DNA of 64,000 nt from Saprospiraceae bacterium (GCA_033722295.1 JAWVZH010000001.1:632-64631), one strand, 5' to 3'. Counted from the stretch's first letter, positions 1-12,961 are shown. Made by a program: numbers and translations. Notes: generated from the sequence alone by a model not told the origin.

Positions 1-940
1 CGACTATGTGAAGAACATGGTGACTGGTGCGGCTCAGATGGACGGTGCTATTCTTGTTGTGGCTGCAACCGATGGTCCTATGCCTCAGACCAGAGAGCAC
101 ATTCTTCTGGCACGTCAGGTAGGTGTACCTCAGATCGTAACTTTTATGAACAAGGTAGATCTCGTTGACGATGAAGAAATGTTGGAACTGGTAGAAATGG
201 AAGTCAGAGAACTTCTTGATCAGTATGAATTTGATGGTGACAACGCGGCTATCATCCAGGGATCTGCTCTTAAAGCACTCGAGGGTGATGCTGACGCGAC
301 TCAGAAAATTCTTGAACTTATGAAGGCTGTGGATGAGAAGATCCCCGAGCCCACAAGAGACATTGATAAGCCATTCTTGATGCCTATCGAGGATGTTTTC
401 TCAATTACTGGTCGTGGTACTGTGGCTACAGGACGTATCGAAAGAGGTGTTATCAATACTGGTGACCCTGTAGAGATCGTAGGTATGTTGCCTCCGGGTG
501 AAAAGCCATTGACCTCTACGATCACCGGAGTTGAGATGTTCCGAAAGATCCTGGAAAGAGGTGAGGCTGGTGATAATGCCGGATTGCTTCTTAGAGGTAT
601 CGACAAAGATCAGATCCAAAGAGGTATGGTGATCTGCAAGCCAGGTTCCGTAAACCCACACATGAAATTTAAATGTGAGGTTTATGTGTTAGGAAAAGAT
701 GAAGGTGGTCGTCATACGCCGTTCTTCAATGGCTACAGACCACAGTTCTATTTCAGAACAACGGACGTAACGGGCGATGTGAAGCTTCCCGATAATGTGG
801 AGATGGTAATGCCTGGTGATAATGTGAGTCTGGAAGTCGAACTGATCAACCCGATCGCAATGGAAAAAGGATTGAGATTTGCGATCAGGGAAGGTGGCCG
901 AACAGTCGGTGCCGGTCAGGTGACTGAAATTCTGGACTAA
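1..940 (+). CDS. tuf: Elongation factor Tu, 5'-truncated by window edge
   Basis: Open frame runs from the window edge. Contains [25 protein letters not shown] and EF-Tu domain II/III sequence. Stop TAA at 938-940. Confidence 0.97.
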   Translation, partial: DYVKNMVTGAAQMDGAILVVAATDGPMPQTREHILLARQVGVPQIVTFMNKVDLVDDEEMLELVEMEVRELLDQYEFDGDNAAIIQGSALKALEGDADATQKILELMKAVDEKIPEPTRDIDKPFLMPIEDVFSITGRGTVATGRIERGVINTGDPVEIVGMLPPGEKPLTSTITGVEMFRKILERGEAGDNAGLLLRGIDKDQIQRGMVICKPGSVNPHMKFKCEVYVLGKDEGGRHTPFFNGYRPQFYFRTTDVTGDVKLPDNVEMVMPGDNVSLEVELINPIAMEKGLRFAIREGGRTVGAGQVTEILD

Positions 941-974
941 TTTGACGTTCCACGGATGATAGATATCGGAAATT

Positions 975-1006
975 GGGTACCCTGTAAGGGGGTACTCAAT
1001 TTTCTG
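975..1006 (+). terminator. Candidate hairpin after tuf
   Basis: GTACCC(977-982)/GGGTAC(990-995) stem followed by TCAATTTTCT. The T-tract is weak, so read-through into tRNA-Trp is possible. Confidence 0.35.
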
Positions 1007-1026
1007 CATTTGTCGATCTATTATAC

Positions 1027-1099
1027 AGGAGAGTAGTTCAATTGGTAGAGCAGCGGTCTCCAAAACCGCAAGTTGCAGGTTCGAGTCCTGTCTCTCCTG
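1027..1099 (+). tRNA. trnW: tRNA-Trp (anticodon CCA)
   Basis: 73-nt cloverleaf folded by hand. Acceptor AGGAGAG/CTCTCCT, anticodon stem GCGGT/ACCGC with loop CTCCAAA, T-loop TTCGAGT. Sits in the classic tuf-tRNA-Trp-secE position. Confidence 0.93.
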
Positions 1100-1141
1100 C
1101 AAATTTGAATAATTAAGAGACTGTTTTAAAGAAGGAATTAT

Positions 1142-1333
1142 ATGGATAATTTGGTGTTGTACATTAAGGAAAGTTACAATGAGCTGATCAATAAAGTAAC
1201 CTGGCCGACATGGTCGGAATTGATAGCTACCACCAATATCGTAATCATAGCGTCTCTTATCATTGCGGGAATTATTTTCCTTATGGATCTCGTTTCTAAA
1301 CAGGTGCTGAACATAATCTATAATCTAGGATGA
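1142..1333 (+). CDS. secE: Preprotein translocase subunit SecE
   Basis: 63 aa with a single C-terminal TM helix, immediately upstream of nusG with an ATGA stop/start overlap. Conserved synteny. Confidence 0.85.
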   Translation: MDNLVLYIKESYNELINKVTWPTWSELIATTNIVIIASLIIAGIIFLMDLVSKQVLNIIYNLG

Positions 1334-1893
1334 GTACAGCAAATCAAACAGAAACGAGTAAATGGTATTCTCTGCGTGTCATAAGCGGCAAGGAGAGAAA
1401 GATAAAAGAGCGCATAGAGCTCGAGGTGCAGCGTTCTAATTGGGACGATTGTATACTTCAGGTCCTTGTGCCTTCAGAAAAAGTATATAAGATCAGAAGC
1501 GGTAAAAAGGTGATTCTGGAGAGAAACATTTTACCCGGATACATTCTGATCCAGGCGGAGCCCGAAAAGCTCACCGGTGAGATCATTCAGGCGATATCAG
1601 GTATCCCCAATGTGATCCATTTTCTGGGAGGGAATCAGCCTATTCCCATGCAACAGTCCGAGGCCAACAGGATGCTTGGTAAAGTTGATGAGTCCGTGGA
1701 GTCCGGTGAGTCGATGATCGAACCGTTCATTGTCGGAGAGTCCGTAAAGATCACTGATGGACCTTTCAAGGAATTCATCGGGGATATCAAGGAGGTAAAT
1801 GAAGAAAAAAAGAAGCTCAAAGTGATCGTAAAGATTTTTGGACGCGGTACAGAGGTAGAGCTTAATTATATGCAAGTTGAAAAGCAATCTTAA
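1330..1893 (+). CDS. nusG: Transcription termination/antitermination factor NusG
   Basis: NGN domain (WYSLRVISGKERK) and C-terminal KOW motif (GESVKITDGPFKEFIGDI). Confidence 0.95.
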   Translation: MSTANQTETSKWYSLRVISGKERKIKERIELEVQRSNWDDCILQVLVPSEKVYKIRSGKKVILERNILPGYILIQAEPEKLTGEIIQAISGIPNVIHFLGGNQPIPMQQSEANRMLGKVDESVESGESMIEPFIVGESVKITDGPFKEFIGDIKEVNEEKKKLKVIVKIFGRGTEVELNYMQVEKQS

Positions 1894-1905
1894 TAAGATA
1901 AGATT

Positions 1906-2349
1906 ATGGCAAAAGAAGTCGAAACGTTTATAAAATTGCAGGTGCGCGGCGGTCAAGCCAATCCAGCACCTCCCGTTGGACCTGCTCTTGGTGCCAAAGG
2001 TGTCAATATCATGGAGTTCTGTAAGCGGTTCAACGCGAAGACACAGGACAATCCGGGTAAATTGCTGCCAGTGGTCATTACCGTTTTCAAGGATAAATCC
2101 TTTGAATTTGTGGTCAAGACCTCTCCGGCAGCCGTACAGCTTTTGGAAGCGGCCAAGAAAAAGAAAGGTTCCGGTGTGCCCAACCGTGAAAAGGTGGGAT
2201 CCGTCACATGGGACCAGGTAAAGGCTATCGCTGAAGATAAAATGGCCGACCTGAACGCCTTTAATGTGGAGTCAGGTATGAGAATGGTGGCGGGAACAGC
2301 GAGAAGTATGGGCCTTACTGTAAAAGGCACTCCTCCCTGGGAGGCGTAA
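1906..2349 (+). CDS. rplK: 50S ribosomal protein L11
   Basis: [20 protein letters not shown] is the hallmark L11 N-terminus. Confidence 0.97.
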   Translation: MAKEVETFIKLQVRGGQANPAPPVGPALGAKGVNIMEFCKRFNAKTQDNPGKLLPVVITVFKDKSFEFVVKTSPAAVQLLEAAKKKKGSGVPNREKVGSVTWDQVKAIAEDKMADLNAFNVESGMRMVAGTARSMGLTVKGTPPWEA

Positions 2350-2365
2350 AAGAAATTAATTAACC

Positions 2366-2403
2366 AAGGGAGTACCGGTGTAAATACGGTACGTTAAAAC
2401 CTT
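2366..2403 (+). promoter_or_regulatory. Candidate L1-binding mRNA structure upstream of rplA
   Basis: AAGG(2366-2369)/CCTT(2400-2403) closes a GAG bulge plus the hairpin GTACCG(2372-2377)/CGGTAC(2387-2392). A GGGAG element is reminiscent of the 23S L1 stalk site. Confidence 0.25.
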
Positions 2404-2410
2404 AACTATT

Positions 2411-3106
2411 ATGGCAAAACAAACTAAAAAACGAAAGGCAGCGGAAGAAAAGGTCGATAAGACCAAGCTGTATGAACTCCAGGAGGCAATGAGTCTCGTA
2501 AAGGAGGTGAATACGGCTAATTTCGATGCTTCGGTGGACCTTCACATTCGCTTGAGTGTGGATCCACGTAAACAGGATCAGGCAATTAGGGGAACAGTAA
2601 CACTGCCCAATGGTACGGGTAAAACAAAGGAAGTACTTGTACTGTGCAATCCGGACAAGGAAGAAGAAGCAAAAGAGGCAGGTGCAGATTACGTGGGACT
2701 GGATGACTATGTACAGAAGATCCAGGATGGCTGGATGGACTTTGACGTAGTGATCGCTACGCCGGACGTTATGGCCCAGGTGGGTAAGATTGGACGAGTG
2801 CTGGGGCCCAGAGGCCTCATGCCAAACCCTAAATCAGGTACCGTTACGAATGACGTCAAAGACGCTGTTTCTGATGTCAAGAAAGGTAAAGTTGCCTTTC
2901 GAGTGGATAAATACGGTATCATTCACAACTCTATTGGACGTGTATCGTTTACACCGGAACAGTTGGCCGAGAATGCCAAGGAGCTCATTCAGACCATCGT
3001 CAAGATGAAACCGTCATCAGCGAAGGGTAATTATCTGCGCTCTGTGAATGTGGCCAGCACGATGAGTCCGGGTATTAAAGTGGATTCTAAAAAATTAATC
3101 GCCTAA
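2411..3106 (+). CDS. rplA: 50S ribosomal protein L1
   Basis: Full-length L1-like sequence (LGPRGLMPNPKSGTVT). Confidence 0.97.
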   Translation: MAKQTKKRKAAEEKVDKTKLYELQEAMSLVKEVNTANFDASVDLHIRLSVDPRKQDQAIRGTVTLPNGTGKTKEVLVLCNPDKEEEAKEAGADYVGLDDYVQKIQDGWMDFDVVIATPDVMAQVGKIGRVLGPRGLMPNPKSGTVTNDVKDAVSDVKKGKVAFRVDKYGIIHNSIGRVSFTPEQLAENAKELIQTIVKMKPSSAKGNYLRSVNVASTMSPGIKVDSKKLIA

Positions 3107-3118
3107 AACAGTTGAACG

Positions 3119-3649
3119 ATGACAAGAAGTGAAAAGACACAGGTAATAGAGGATCTTAAGTCCAAATTGGCGGATGCTCAGTATTTCTATATCACGGATT
3201 CATCTGAGTTGACTGTTGACCAGGTGACTAAACTGCGCGGACTTTGTTATGAGAAGGGCGTAGAGATGAAAGTGGTGAAAAATACACTGGCCCGCAAGGC
3301 ATTGGAGAGTTTTGGAGAAGAAAGAGGATTTGAAGGGTTGTACGATGCTTTGAAAGGACCAACAGCGATCATGTTTGCGGATGCGGGTAATGTTCCTGCA
3401 AAAGTGATCAAGGAATTTAGAGAGGATCATGAAAAGCCGATCCTGAAAGCGGCTTATATCGACAGTGATATTTTTGTAGGAGATGATCAACTGGAATCGC
3501 TTAAAGCCTTGAAATCCAAGGACGAACTTATCGGCGATGTTATTGTTCTACTCCAGTCACCTGTCAAGAACGTTATCGGATCGCTTCAGTCTGGCGGCAA
3601 TACTTTGTCCAACCTGCTGAAAGCACTCGAACAACGTGCAGAATCATAA
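3119..3649 (+). CDS. rplJ: 50S ribosomal protein L10
   Basis: L10-like sequence, placed between rplA and rplL. Confidence 0.95.
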   Translation: MTRSEKTQVIEDLKSKLADAQYFYITDSSELTVDQVTKLRGLCYEKGVEMKVVKNTLARKALESFGEERGFEGLYDALKGPTAIMFADAGNVPAKVIKEFREDHEKPILKAAYIDSDIFVGDDQLESLKALKSKDELIGDVIVLLQSPVKNVIGSLQSGGNTLSNLLKALEQRAES

Positions 3650-3701
3650 TGGCTTCCAAGTTACGCACCATATTAATTGGTAATAGTAAAAAAAATTAAT
3701 C

Positions 3702-4079
3702 ATGGCAGATTTGAAAAAAATGGCTGACGAACTCGTAAACCTCACGGTAAAAGAAGTGAGTGAGTTGGCAGACATTCTTAAAGATGAATACGGTATCGAA
3801 CCTGCAGCTGCAGCTGTTGCTGTTGCCGCCGGCCCCGCTGGTGGCGAAGCTGGCGGTGGCGCCGAGCAAACCGAATTCGATGTTATCTTGAACTCCGCAG
3901 GCTCAGCCAAACTGGCTGTTGTCAAAGAGGTGAAAAACCTACTTGGCCTTGGATTGAAAGATGCAAAAGAATTGGTAGACGGTGCTCCAGCTCCACTAAA
4001 AGAAGGTGTACCAAAAGAAGAAGCAGAATCAATTAAAACTGCACTCGAAGAGGCAGGTGCCGAAGTTGAAGTAAAATAA
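3702..4079 (+). CDS. rplL: 50S ribosomal protein L7/L12
   Basis: Ala/Gly-rich hinge followed by the C-terminal domain [24 protein letters not shown]. Confidence 0.97.
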   Translation: MADLKKMADELVNLTVKEVSELADILKDEYGIEPAAAAVAVAAGPAGGEAGGGAEQTEFDVILNSAGSAKLAVVKEVKNLLGLGLKDAKELVDGAPAPLKEGVPKEEAESIKTALEEAGAEVEVK

Positions 4080-4123
4080 TTCAACTATTGGCATACTTGA
4101 AACGCTTTGATTAAAGAATCAAT

Positions 4124-4153
4124 GGCTTAATCCCTGAATGCGGGGATTAAGCC
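4124..4153 (+). terminator. rplL-rpoB intergenic hairpin (attenuator-type)
   Basis: 11-bp stem GGCTTAATCCC/GGGATTAAGCC with a 7-8 nt loop and no long T-tract. Its position matches the partial terminator known between rplL and rpoB in E. coli. Confidence 0.45.
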
Positions 4154-4199
4154 TATTGTGCTTTGTACTTCATTGGTTTAAGACCGAAAACAACCATTT

Positions 4200-7100
4200 A
4201 TGGCATCCAAGTCTAATGCGGCGACCGCCGAAATGAGTCGCAAAAATTTTGGAAAGATAAAATTTGGCTCTCCCTATCCTGATTTTCTGGAGATTCAGCT
4301 TAAATCTTTCCAGGAGTTCTTTCAATTAGAAACAACACCCGAGAACAGGGGCCACGAAGGGCTCTTTCGGGTATTTCAGGAAAATTTCCCGATAACCGAT
4401 GCCAGAAACATCTTCGTTTTGGAGTTTCTGGACTACTACATAGATCCTCCCAGATATTCTATAGAAGAATGTATGCAAAGGGGATTGACCTACAGCGTGC
4501 CTCTTAAAGCTAAGCTGAGGCTCTCGTGTAATGATGAAGAACACGTTGATTTTCAGACTATTGTACAGGATGTGTTCCTGGGGAACATACCTTATATGAC
4601 GCCAAAGGGAACCTTCGTAGTTAATGGCGCTGAAAGGGTAGTGGTCTCTCAGTTACATCGTTCACCTGGAGTATTTTTTAGCCAGAGTTTCCACCCAAAT
4701 GGAACAAAACTGCATTCTGCAAGGGTCATTCCTTTTAAGGGAGCCTGGATGGAGTTTGCTACGGATATCAATAATGTGATGTACGCCTACATCGACAGGA
4801 AGAAAAAGTTCCCCGTGACCACTCTGCTCCGTGCGATCGGTTATGACTCGGATAAGGAGATCCTGAATATTTTTGGACTGTCAGAAGAGATAAAGGCGGA
4901 TAAGAAATCATTGAAAAAGGCCATCGGTCGTAAACTGGCCGCCAGGATACTTCGTAAGTGGACTGAAGATTTTGTGGATGAGGATACAGGTGAAGTGATC
5001 ACCATAGAGAGAAATGAGATCATCCTCGAAAGGGATACCGTTCTTGACGAAGAGAACATTGAACTCATCCTTAATGCGGAGACCAAAGTTGTGATCCTTC
5101 AGAAAGAAGACATCGAAGAGGATCACTCGATCATATATAATACGTTACAGAAGGACGTATCAAGTTCGGAGATAGAGGCGGTGCAACAGATCTATCGTCA
5201 ATTGCGCGGTACAGATCCACCCGACGAGGAGACTGCAAGAGGGATTATCGACAAGCTATTCTTTAGCGATAAAAGATATAACCTGGGTGAGGTCGGAAGA
5301 TATAAGATCAACAGAAAACTGGGGACTCATGAAGACCTCGATATTCTCGTACTTACCAAGGAGGATATTATTGCGATCATAAAGTATCTGGTTAAACTTG
5401 TAAATCAGAATGCCGAACTGGATGATATCGATCATTTGAGTAATCGCCGCGTAAGGACCGTAGGCGAGCAGCTATATGCTCAGTTTGGCGTCGGATTGGC
5501 GAGAATGGCGAGAACGATACGAGAAAGGATGAATGTTCGTGACAATGAGGTGTTTACACCAGTGGACCTTATCAACGCTCGTACGCTGTCGTCCGTCATC
5601 AACTCATTCTTCGGAACGAGCCAGTTGTCCCAGTTTTTGGATCAGACCAACCCTCTTTCCGAGATCACCCACAAGCGGAGGATATCGGCACTCGGACCTG
5701 GTGGACTATCCAGGGAAAGAGCAGGATTTGAAGTGAGAGACGTTCATTATTCTCACTACGGTCGTTTGTGTACGATAGAAACTCCGGAAGGACCGAATAT
5801 TGGACTGATCTCCACGCTTTGTGTTCATGCGAAGGTGAACAAGATGGGCTTCCTGGAGACGCCATATAGAGAAGTGAAGAAGGGTAAGCTCAATGTCAGA
5901 GGAGAGGCCGTTTACCTCTCCGCGGAAGGAGAGGATTTCAAGAAGATCGCTCAGGCCAACGCCGAGGTTGACAATAAAGGTAATTTCGAATCTGACAGGA
6001 TCAAATGTAGGGAGCACGGGGAATTCCCTGTATTGCCGCCCGATGAGATCGAATATATCGATGTTGCCCCCAACCAGATCGTTGGTGTTTCAGCATCCCT
6101 GATCCCATTCCTCGAAAACGACGATGCCAACCGGGCTTTGATGGGGTCGAACATGCAGCGGCAGGCAGTGCCGTTGGTGCGGCCGTCTTCACCGATAGTC
6201 GGAACCGGTTTGGAGGCCAAAGTGGCACGTGACTCCAGAATGCTTATCAATGCCGAAGGAGATGGTGTTGTAGAATATGTGGATGCCAACGAAATAGTTA
6301 TTCGCTACGACAGATCCGAGGAAGATCAATTGGTCTCTTTCGAGGAGAATGTCAAAACATACGAATTGACCAAATTCCGTCGTACCAATCAAGGTACTTG
6401 CATCAATCTGAAGCCGATCGTAAAGAAGGGTGACAGAGTAGAGGAAGGTACCATTCTTTGTGATGGATATGCTACAGACAAGGGAGAACTGGCCCTCGGT
6501 CAGAACCTGATGGTAGCATTCATGCCATGGCAGGGTTATAACTTCGAGGATGCTATAGTTCTCTCCGAAAGAGTGGTCCGCGAGGATGTATTTACTTCCA
6601 TTCATATCGAGAGTTTCGAGATGGACGTAAGGGATACCAAACTGGGCGAAGAGGAATTGACTAATGACATACCGAACGTCAGTGAGGAAGCAACTAAGGA
6701 TCTCGATGAAAACGGAATAATCAGAGTAGGTGCTTGGGTGTCAGAGAGTGACATTCTTATCGGCAAGATCACTCCCAAAGGTGAATCTGATCCTACACCG
6801 GAGGAGAAACTTCTGCGCGCCATATTCGGAGACAAAGCAGGTGATGTCAAAGACGCATCTTTGAAAGCACCGCCGTCTACTCAGGGTGTGATCATCGAAA
6901 AGCAGCTTTTTGCAAGGGCTAAAAAGGATAAATTCCAGAAAGTCCAGGAAAAAGAACTTCTCAAAAAGCTGGATGATCGCCACGAAGTGGCCCTCAATGA
7001 ATTGAAGACTCGACTGATCGACAAATTGGCGAAACTCGTCAAGGGAAAGACAACTCAGGGCATAAAGAGTATCTACGGAGAGGAGATGGTAGCCAAGGGA

Positions 7101-8021
7101 ACGAAGCTTACCAATGCTGTGTTGAAGAAGATCGACTATTCACAGGTGGATTACTCTGAATGGATAAAGGATGAAGATAAGAATGAGTTGATCTCCAGAC
7201 TTCTTCATAACTATTCGATCAAAGTCAATGAAGAGGTCGGTAAATACAAAAGGGAGAAATTTAATATCTCAATTGGTGATGAACTCCCAGCGGGCGTACT
7301 AAAGCTGGCAAAGGTTTACCTGGCCAAGAAGAGAAAACTGAAGGTCGGTGACAAGCTGGCTGGACGTCACGGTAATAAAGGGATCGTATCCAGGATCGTA
7401 CGTGTGGAAGACATGCCGTTCCTTGAAGACGGCACTCCGGTGGATATCGTCTTGAACCCTCTGGGTGTACCATCACGGATGAATCTCGGACAGATATTCG
7501 AAACTGTACTCGGTTGGTCTGGGCTGAAACTCGGTGTCAAATACGCAACACCGATCTTCGATGGAGCGACAATGCAGGAGATCAGTGATGAGATCCAGTC
7601 TGCCAAGCTGCCTGATCTGGGCCAGACGTACCTTCAGGACGGTGGAACTGGGGATCGATTCCATCAGCAAGCGACAGTGGGTGTCATCTACATGCTGAAA
7701 TTATCGCATATGGTGGATGACAAAATGCACGCGAGATCGATCGGACCATATTCACTCATCACTCAGCAGCCGCTGGGTGGTAAGGCTCAGTTCGGTGGAC
7801 AGCGATTCGGTGAGATGGAGGTTTGGGCACTGGAAGCATTCGGTGCGTCGAACATACTTCAGGAGTTGCTTACAATTAAGTCGGACGATATTATCGGACG
7901 GGCAAAAGCGTATGAAGCCATCGTCAAAGGTGATCTTCTGCCAGAGCCAAATATTCCGGAGTCCTTTAACGTCTTGATCCACGAGTTGAGAGGTTTGGCA
8001 CTAGATGTCAAATTTGACTAA
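4200..8021 (+). CDS. rpoB: DNA-directed RNA polymerase subunit beta
   Basis: 1273 aa with conserved RpoB blocks ([30 protein letters not shown]). Confidence 0.99.
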   Translation: MASKSNAATAEMSRKNFGKIKFGSPYPDFLEIQLKSFQEFFQLETTPENRGHEGLFRVFQENFPITDARNIFVLEFLDYYIDPPRYSIEECMQRGLTYSVPLKAKLRLSCNDEEHVDFQTIVQDVFLGNIPYMTPKGTFVVNGAERVVVSQLHRSPGVFFSQSFHPNGTKLHSARVIPFKGAWMEFATDINNVMYAYIDRKKKFPVTTLLRAIGYDSDKEILNIFGLSEEIKADKKSLKKAIGRKLAARILRKWTEDFVDEDTGEVITIERNEIILERDTVLDEENIELILNAETKVVILQKEDIEEDHSIIYNTLQKDVSSSEIEAVQQIYRQLRGTDPPDEETARGIIDKLFFSDKRYNLGEVGRYKINRKLGTHEDLDILVLTKEDIIAIIKYLVKLVNQNAELDDIDHLSNRRVRTVGEQLYAQFGVGLARMARTIRERMNVRDNEVFTPVDLINARTLSSVINSFFGTSQLSQFLDQTNPLSEITHKRRISALGPGGLSRERAGFEVRDVHYSHYGRLCTIETPEGPNIGLISTLCVHAKVNKMGFLETPYREVKKGKLNVRGEAVYLSAEGEDFKKIAQANAEVDNKGNFESDRIKCREHGEFPVLPPDEIEYIDVAPNQIVGVSASLIPFLENDDANRALMGSNMQRQAVPLVRPSSPIVGTGLEAKVARDSRMLINAEGDGVVEYVDANEIVIRYDRSEEDQLVSFEENVKTYELTKFRRTNQGTCINLKPIVKKGDRVEEGTILCDGYATDKGELALGQNLMVAFMPWQGYNFEDAIVLSERVVREDVFTSIHIESFEMDVRDTKLGEEELTNDIPNVSEEATKDLDENGIIRVGAWVSESDILIGKITPKGESDPTPEEKLLRAIFGDKAGDVKDASLKAPPSTQGVIIEKQLFARAKKDKFQKVQEKELLKKLDDRHEVALNELKTRLIDKLAKLVKGKTTQGIKSIYGEEMVAKGTKLTNAVLKKIDYSQVDYSEWIKDEDKNELISRLLHNYSIKVNEEVGKYKREKFNISIGDELPAGVLKLAKVYLAKKRKLKVGDKLAGRHGNKGIVSRIVRVEDMPFLEDGTPVDIVLNPLGVPSRMNLGQIFETVLGWSGLKLGVKYATPIFDGATMQEISDEIQSAKLPDLGQTYLQDGGTGDRFHQQATVGVIYMLKLSHMVDDKMHARSIGPYSLITQQPLGGKAQFGGQRFGEMEVWALEAFGASNILQELLTIKSDDIIGRAKAYEAIVKGDLLPEPNIPESFNVLIHELRGLALDVKFD

Positions 8022-8048
8022 TCCTTATTTTATTTTAAAAATGGATTT

Positions 8049-11000
8049 ATGCCTTTTAAGAAAAGTAGTCTAAATAAACAAAGTCAGGATTTTGATAATA
8101 TAACCATTACGCTGTGTTCGCCAGATGAGATACTGGAACGCTCGTATGGAGAAGTTCTGAAACCAGAAACGATCAACTACAGGTCATATAAACCTGAGAG
8201 GGATGGTCTTTTTTGCGAACGTATCTTCGGACCTGTAAAGGATTACGAATGTTACTGCGGTAAGTATAAAAGGATTCGATATAAGGGGATCGTTTGTGAC
8301 AGGTGTGGAGTAGAGGTTACGGAGAAGAAAGTGCGCCGTGAGAGGATGGGCCATATTAAACTTGTGGTTCCTGTCGTTCACATCTGGTTTTTCAAATCCT
8401 TACCAAATAAGATCGGTTACTTGCTCGGCTTGTCAAGCAAGAAGCTGGAATCGATCATCTATTACGAGAGATACGTGGTTATTAATGCCGGTGTCAAGGA
8501 AGCTGAAGGCACCGCGCGCATGGATCTCCTGACGGAAGAAGAATATTTCGAGGTACTTGAAAGTCTGCCCAAGGATAATGATCTGTTGGAAGAGGATGAT
8601 CCGAATAAGTTTATCGCCAAGATGGGAGCAGATGCTGTTCATGACCTTCTTGCCACTCTGGATCTTGATCAATTGAGTTATGACTTGAGACATCAGGCGG
8701 CAACGGAGACCTCTCAACAAAGAAAATCAGAAGCTCTCAAAAGACTCAGAGTAGTAGAAGCGTTCAGGGATGGATTGTCTCGAATCGAGAACCGTCCTGA
8801 ATGGGCTATCATCAAGTATTTGCCGGTGATCCCTCCAGAACTGCGGCCACTGGTACCGTTGGACGGCGGACGATTTGCATCTTCAGATCTGAATGACCTG
8901 TATCGTCGTGTGATCATTAGAAATAACAGGCTCAAAAGATTGTTGGAGATAAAGGCACCTGAGGTGATCCTCAGAAATGAGAAGCGAATGCTTCAGGAAG
9001 CTGTGGACTCCCTGTTTGATAATTCACGAAAATCTAATGCTGTCAAGGCAGAAGGTGGTAGAGCACTGAAATCGTTATCTGATATCCTTAAAGGTAAGCA
9101 AGGACGTTTTCGTCAGAACCTCCTCGGTAAGCGTGTGGATTATTCAGGAAGATCTGTCATCGTAGTTGGTCCAGCGCTTCAACTTCATGAATGCGGTATC
9201 CCTAAAGCGATGGCTGCTGAACTCTTCAAGCCCTTTGTGATCCGTAAGCTGATAGAACGCGGGATCGTGAAAACGGTGAAATCGGCGAAAAAACTTGTCG
9301 ATAGGAAGGAACCGGTAATCTGGGAGATATTGGAAAATATCCTGAAAGGACACCCTGTATTACTCAACCGGGCTCCGACTCTTCACAGACTGTCGATTCA
9401 GGCATTCCAGCCAGTGCTGGTAGAAGGTAAAGCGATTCAGTTGCACCCGCTCGTATGTGGTGCCTTCAACGCGGATTTCGACGGTGACCAAATGGCGGTT
9501 CATGTGCCTCTTGGACATGGGGCGATACTGGAGGCACAAATGCTGATGCTTGCCTCTCATAATATGCTGAATCCCCAGGATGGTTCTCCGATCACGCTGC
9601 CTTCCCAGGATATGGTTCTTGGACTGTATTACCTGACAAAGGAGCTGCCAGGAGGACTTGGTGAGGGAATGACATTTTATTCTTCGGAAGAGGTTCTGAT
9701 CGCGTACAACGAGAAAAGGGTAGGACTTCATGCAGGGATAAAAGTTCGTGCCAAGGTTGAATCTGAAGAGGATGAGTTGATCTACAAGATCGTTGAAACC
9801 ACTGTGGGTCGTGTGATCTTTAATGAGGCGGTGCCTGAGCATGTTCCTTTCTGTAATGAATTGTTGACCAAAAAGAACCTCAAGAAGGTGATCAATGATA
9901 TCATCGAGAGAACCAACATGTCAACGACGGCAAGATTCCTCGATGAGATCAAGGATATGGGATTCAAGTGGTCTTTCCTGGGAGGACTGTCTTTCAATCT
10001 CGGTGACCTCATCACGCCAACGATCAAGCAGAAGACCCTCAAAGAGGCGACTTCAGAGGTCGACGAAGTGTGGGACAACTATAACATGGGTCTGATCACC
10101 AATAATGAGAGATATAATCAGATTATCGATAAGTGGACTTATGCGGATAATCGGATCACAGATAACCTGATGAAAGAATTGGCCGAGCACAAACAAGGTT
10201 TTAACTCGGTATATATGATGCTTGATTCAGGAGCAAGGGGCTCAAAACAGCAGATCAAGCAGTTGGCTGGTTTGAGAGGGTTGATGGCAAAACCAAGAAA
10301 GTCCGGTGATACCGGAGGAGCCATTATCGAAAACCCGATCTTGTCCAACTTCCTCGATGGGTTGTCAGTACTAGAATACTTTATCTCTACGCACGGTGCA
10401 AGAAAAGGTCTGGCGGATACGGCACTCAAAACGGCAGATGCCGGTTATCTGACAAGACGACTCGTAGATGTGTCGCAGGATGTCGTAATACTTGAGGAAG
10501 ACTGTGATACTCTCAGAGGTATTACTCTTACTGCACTGAGAGAGAATGACAAGATTCTACAGGATCTGCAATCTCGAATAGTAGGAAGAAACTCCCTGTA
10601 TGAGATCAAAGATCCGGAATCAGATGAAGTCATTGTAGAAGAAGGAGGATATATCTCCGAGAAAATAGCTCGTAAAATAGAGAGTGCAGGAATTGAAGAA
10701 GTGACGATACGGTCTGCATTGACTTGTGAAACAGCAAGAGGTATTTGTAAGAAATGCTATGGTAAGAACCTGGCTACCGGTAGAGAGTCCGAATCGGGAG
10801 ATGCTGTTGGTATTATTGCTGCCCAGTCGATAGGTGAACCGGGTACTCAGTTGACGCTGAGAACATTCCACGTGGGTGGTGTTGCTTCGGTTTCAAAGGC
10901 TGAGTCTCAACTCATCGCTGCTTATGACGGTGTACTGGAGTTTGACGGTATCAAGACTACAGAGGTAGAAGGTGAGGAGGACAAGACCGTTGTTCTTTCC

Positions 11001-12335
11001 AGGTCTGGAGAGATCAGGATAAGAGAATCCAAGGGTGGTAAAGTTTTGACAACCTTACACGTACCTTATGGCTCAGATCTCCTGGTCAAGGATAAAAAGA
11101 AAGTCAAGAAAGGAGACATTCTCTGTGAATGGGATCCGTTCAATGCTGTGATCATCAGTGAGTTCTCTGGTATTGCACAGTTTGATTCGATCGAAGAGGG
11201 TGTGACTTACAGAACGGAAAGGGATGATCAGACGGGATATGAAGAGAAGGTCATTGTAGAGACGAAGAATAAGAAGAAGATCCCGACCATCAAGATCATA
11301 AGCCCATCAGGAGAGGAATTAAAGAGTTACAACTTGCCGGTTGGGTCATATATTTCCATCGACGATGGGGCAGAAGTAAGATCTGGAGAAAAGATCGCGA
11401 AGATTCCAAGGAGCCTTGGAAAGATCTCGGATATTACCGGTGGTCTGCCAAGAGTTACCGAGTTGTTTGAAGCGAGGAATCCGTCGAATCCAGCCGTGGT
11501 GTCAGAGATAGACGGAATCGTATCGCTAGGAAAGATCAAGAGAGGAAACAGGGAAGTGTTTGTAGAGGATGAAAAGACTGGCCAGAAGCGAAAGTATCTG
11601 ATAGGGTTGTCCAAGCACATCCTCGTTCAGGAAGGCGATTTCGTAAGAGCAGGAATGCAGTTGTCAGATGGTGCAATTTCCCCAAAGGACATACTGCACA
11701 TCAAAGGCCCTTACGCGGTTCAGGAATATCTGGTCAACGGCGTACAGGAGGTTTACAGATCGCAGGGTATCAACATCAATGATAAGCATATCGAGGTGAT
11801 CGTTCGTCAAATGATGAGACGTGTGACTATCCTGGATCCGGGTGATACGAGTTTCCTGGAGGGCGAGGCGGTTGAACGCTACGACTTCTTTGAGCAAAAC
11901 GACTGGATCTACGATAAGAAACTAGTTACAGAAGCTGGTGACAGTAATAAGCTCAAGCCTGGTCAGCTCGTAACATTGAGACAATTGAGAGAAGAGAATT
12001 CTTATCTCAAAAGGAACGACCTGAAACTTGTGGAATACCGGGACGCCAAGCCGGCGACTTCAGAGCCACTGCTTCAGGGAATTACCAGGTCCTCTCTCGG
12101 AACTGTAAGCTGGATTTCAGCGGCATCCTTTCAGGAAACTACCAAAGTATTGAGTACGGCAGCAATTGGTGCCAAGAAAGATACACTGGCAGGCCTGAAA
12201 GAGAATGTGATCGTTGGAAAGAGAATACCAGCAGGAACAGGCATGCCAAAGTTCAAGAAGCTCTTTGTCATGCCCAAGAAGGCTGAAACGGAAGAAGCCG
12301 AACTGGAAGAGGCTGAAGCTGAGGCCGGAGAATAG
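8049..12335 (+). CDS. rpoC: DNA-directed RNA polymerase subunit beta'
   Basis: 1428 aa with the zinc motif [20 protein letters not shown] and the catalytic [12 protein letters not shown]. Confidence 0.99.
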   Translation: MPFKKSSLNKQSQDFDNITITLCSPDEILERSYGEVLKPETINYRSYKPERDGLFCERIFGPVKDYECYCGKYKRIRYKGIVCDRCGVEVTEKKVRRERMGHIKLVVPVVHIWFFKSLPNKIGYLLGLSSKKLESIIYYERYVVINAGVKEAEGTARMDLLTEEEYFEVLESLPKDNDLLEEDDPNKFIAKMGADAVHDLLATLDLDQLSYDLRHQAATETSQQRKSEALKRLRVVEAFRDGLSRIENRPEWAIIKYLPVIPPELRPLVPLDGGRFASSDLNDLYRRVIIRNNRLKRLLEIKAPEVILRNEKRMLQEAVDSLFDNSRKSNAVKAEGGRALKSLSDILKGKQGRFRQNLLGKRVDYSGRSVIVVGPALQLHECGIPKAMAAELFKPFVIRKLIERGIVKTVKSAKKLVDRKEPVIWEILENILKGHPVLLNRAPTLHRLSIQAFQPVLVEGKAIQLHPLVCGAFNADFDGDQMAVHVPLGHGAILEAQMLMLASHNMLNPQDGSPITLPSQDMVLGLYYLTKELPGGLGEGMTFYSSEEVLIAYNEKRVGLHAGIKVRAKVESEEDELIYKIVETTVGRVIFNEAVPEHVPFCNELLTKKNLKKVINDIIERTNMSTTARFLDEIKDMGFKWSFLGGLSFNLGDLITPTIKQKTLKEATSEVDEVWDNYNMGLITNNERYNQIIDKWTYADNRITDNLMKELAEHKQGFNSVYMMLDSGARGSKQQIKQLAGLRGLMAKPRKSGDTGGAIIENPILSNFLDGLSVLEYFISTHGARKGLADTALKTADAGYLTRRLVDVSQDVVILEEDCDTLRGITLTALRENDKILQDLQSRIVGRNSLYEIKDPESDEVIVEEGGYISEKIARKIESAGIEEVTIRSALTCETARGICKKCYGKNLATGRESESGDAVGIIAAQSIGEPGTQLTLRTFHVGGVASVSKAESQLIAAYDGVLEFDGIKTTEVEGEEDKTVVLSRSGEIRIRESKGGKVLTTLHVPYGSDLLVKDKKKVKKGDILCEWDPFNAVIISEFSGIAQFDSIEEGVTYRTERDDQTGYEEKVIVETKNKKKIPTIKIISPSGEELKSYNLPVGSYISIDDGAEVRSGEKIAKIPRSLGKISDITGGLPRVTELFEARNPSNPAVVSEIDGIVSLGKIKRGNREVFVEDEKTGQKRKYLIGLSKHILVQEGDFVRAGMQLSDGAISPKDILHIKGPYAVQEYLVNGVQEVYRSQGININDKHIEVIVRQMMRRVTILDPGDTSFLEGEAVERYDFFEQNDWIYDKKLVTEAGDSNKLKPGQLVTLRQLREENSYLKRNDLKLVEYRDAKPATSEPLLQGITRSSLGTVSWISAASFQETTKVLSTAAIGAKKDTLAGLKENVIVGKRIPAGTGMPKFKKLFVMPKKAETEEAELEEAEAEAGE

Positions 12336-12363
12336 GACTGGATAGGAAATTCAGAATATCATC

Positions 12364-12399
12364 AGGGGCAGGAATTAAAATTTCTGCCCCTTTTCTTTT
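12364..12399 (+). terminator. Rho-independent terminator after rpoC
   Basis: GGGGCAG(12365-12371)/CTGCCCC(12384-12390) stem followed by TTTTCTTTT. Confidence 0.75.
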
Positions 12400-12506
12400 G
12401 GTGTCATGCGGTCGTCTCCAGGGCACAAATTCTCATGACTAAGTTTTGAAATTTTTGATCAGTTTGTTTTATTAAATGTGAATAATTAATAATTAACTGA
12501 TAATCT

Positions 12507-12914
12507 ATGCTTTACAGAATTACTTTTTTATGGTTGATCATAGGCGCATTGACCTTATTTTCCTGTTCGAAGGATGACGATCCTCAGATCAAGAACCTGA
12601 AGGTCTGCACGGAGCTTTCTGGTAACAGTTGTGAGAGTCATGAAGGTACTATCAGCCCAACTGAGAGTGCGATCTACACGTCTGCAGAGTTGGAATCCAT
12701 TGAAAATGCAAATGTCACCATTGCACTTTGGGCCTGGGATGGCTCTGATTGGATACAACTCACGCAGGTGACCATCAATAATGAGGACAAGAATATTGTG
12801 AATGCCACTTTTACCAACCAGAACCCATGGCCAGAAACGGATTATGAGATTGAATATACAGTTGACACTGATCCGGAATTGGTTTCAACAGTGATGTTCA
12901 CCATAGAGTCTTAG
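12507..12914 (+). CDS. Hypothetical lipoprotein
   Basis: ATG start and a lipobox-like signal (LTLFSC at residues 15-20). No family recognised. Confidence 0.55.
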   Translation: MLYRITFLWLIIGALTLFSCSKDDDPQIKNLKVCTELSGNSCESHEGTISPTESAIYTSAELESIENANVTIALWAWDGSDWIQLTQVTINNEDKNIVNATFTNQNPWPETDYEIEYTVDTDPELVSTVMFTIES

Positions 12915-12961
12915 AAGAACCAGATCAACCAAGTTTGGGCCCTGTTTTTTACCTGGCTTGA

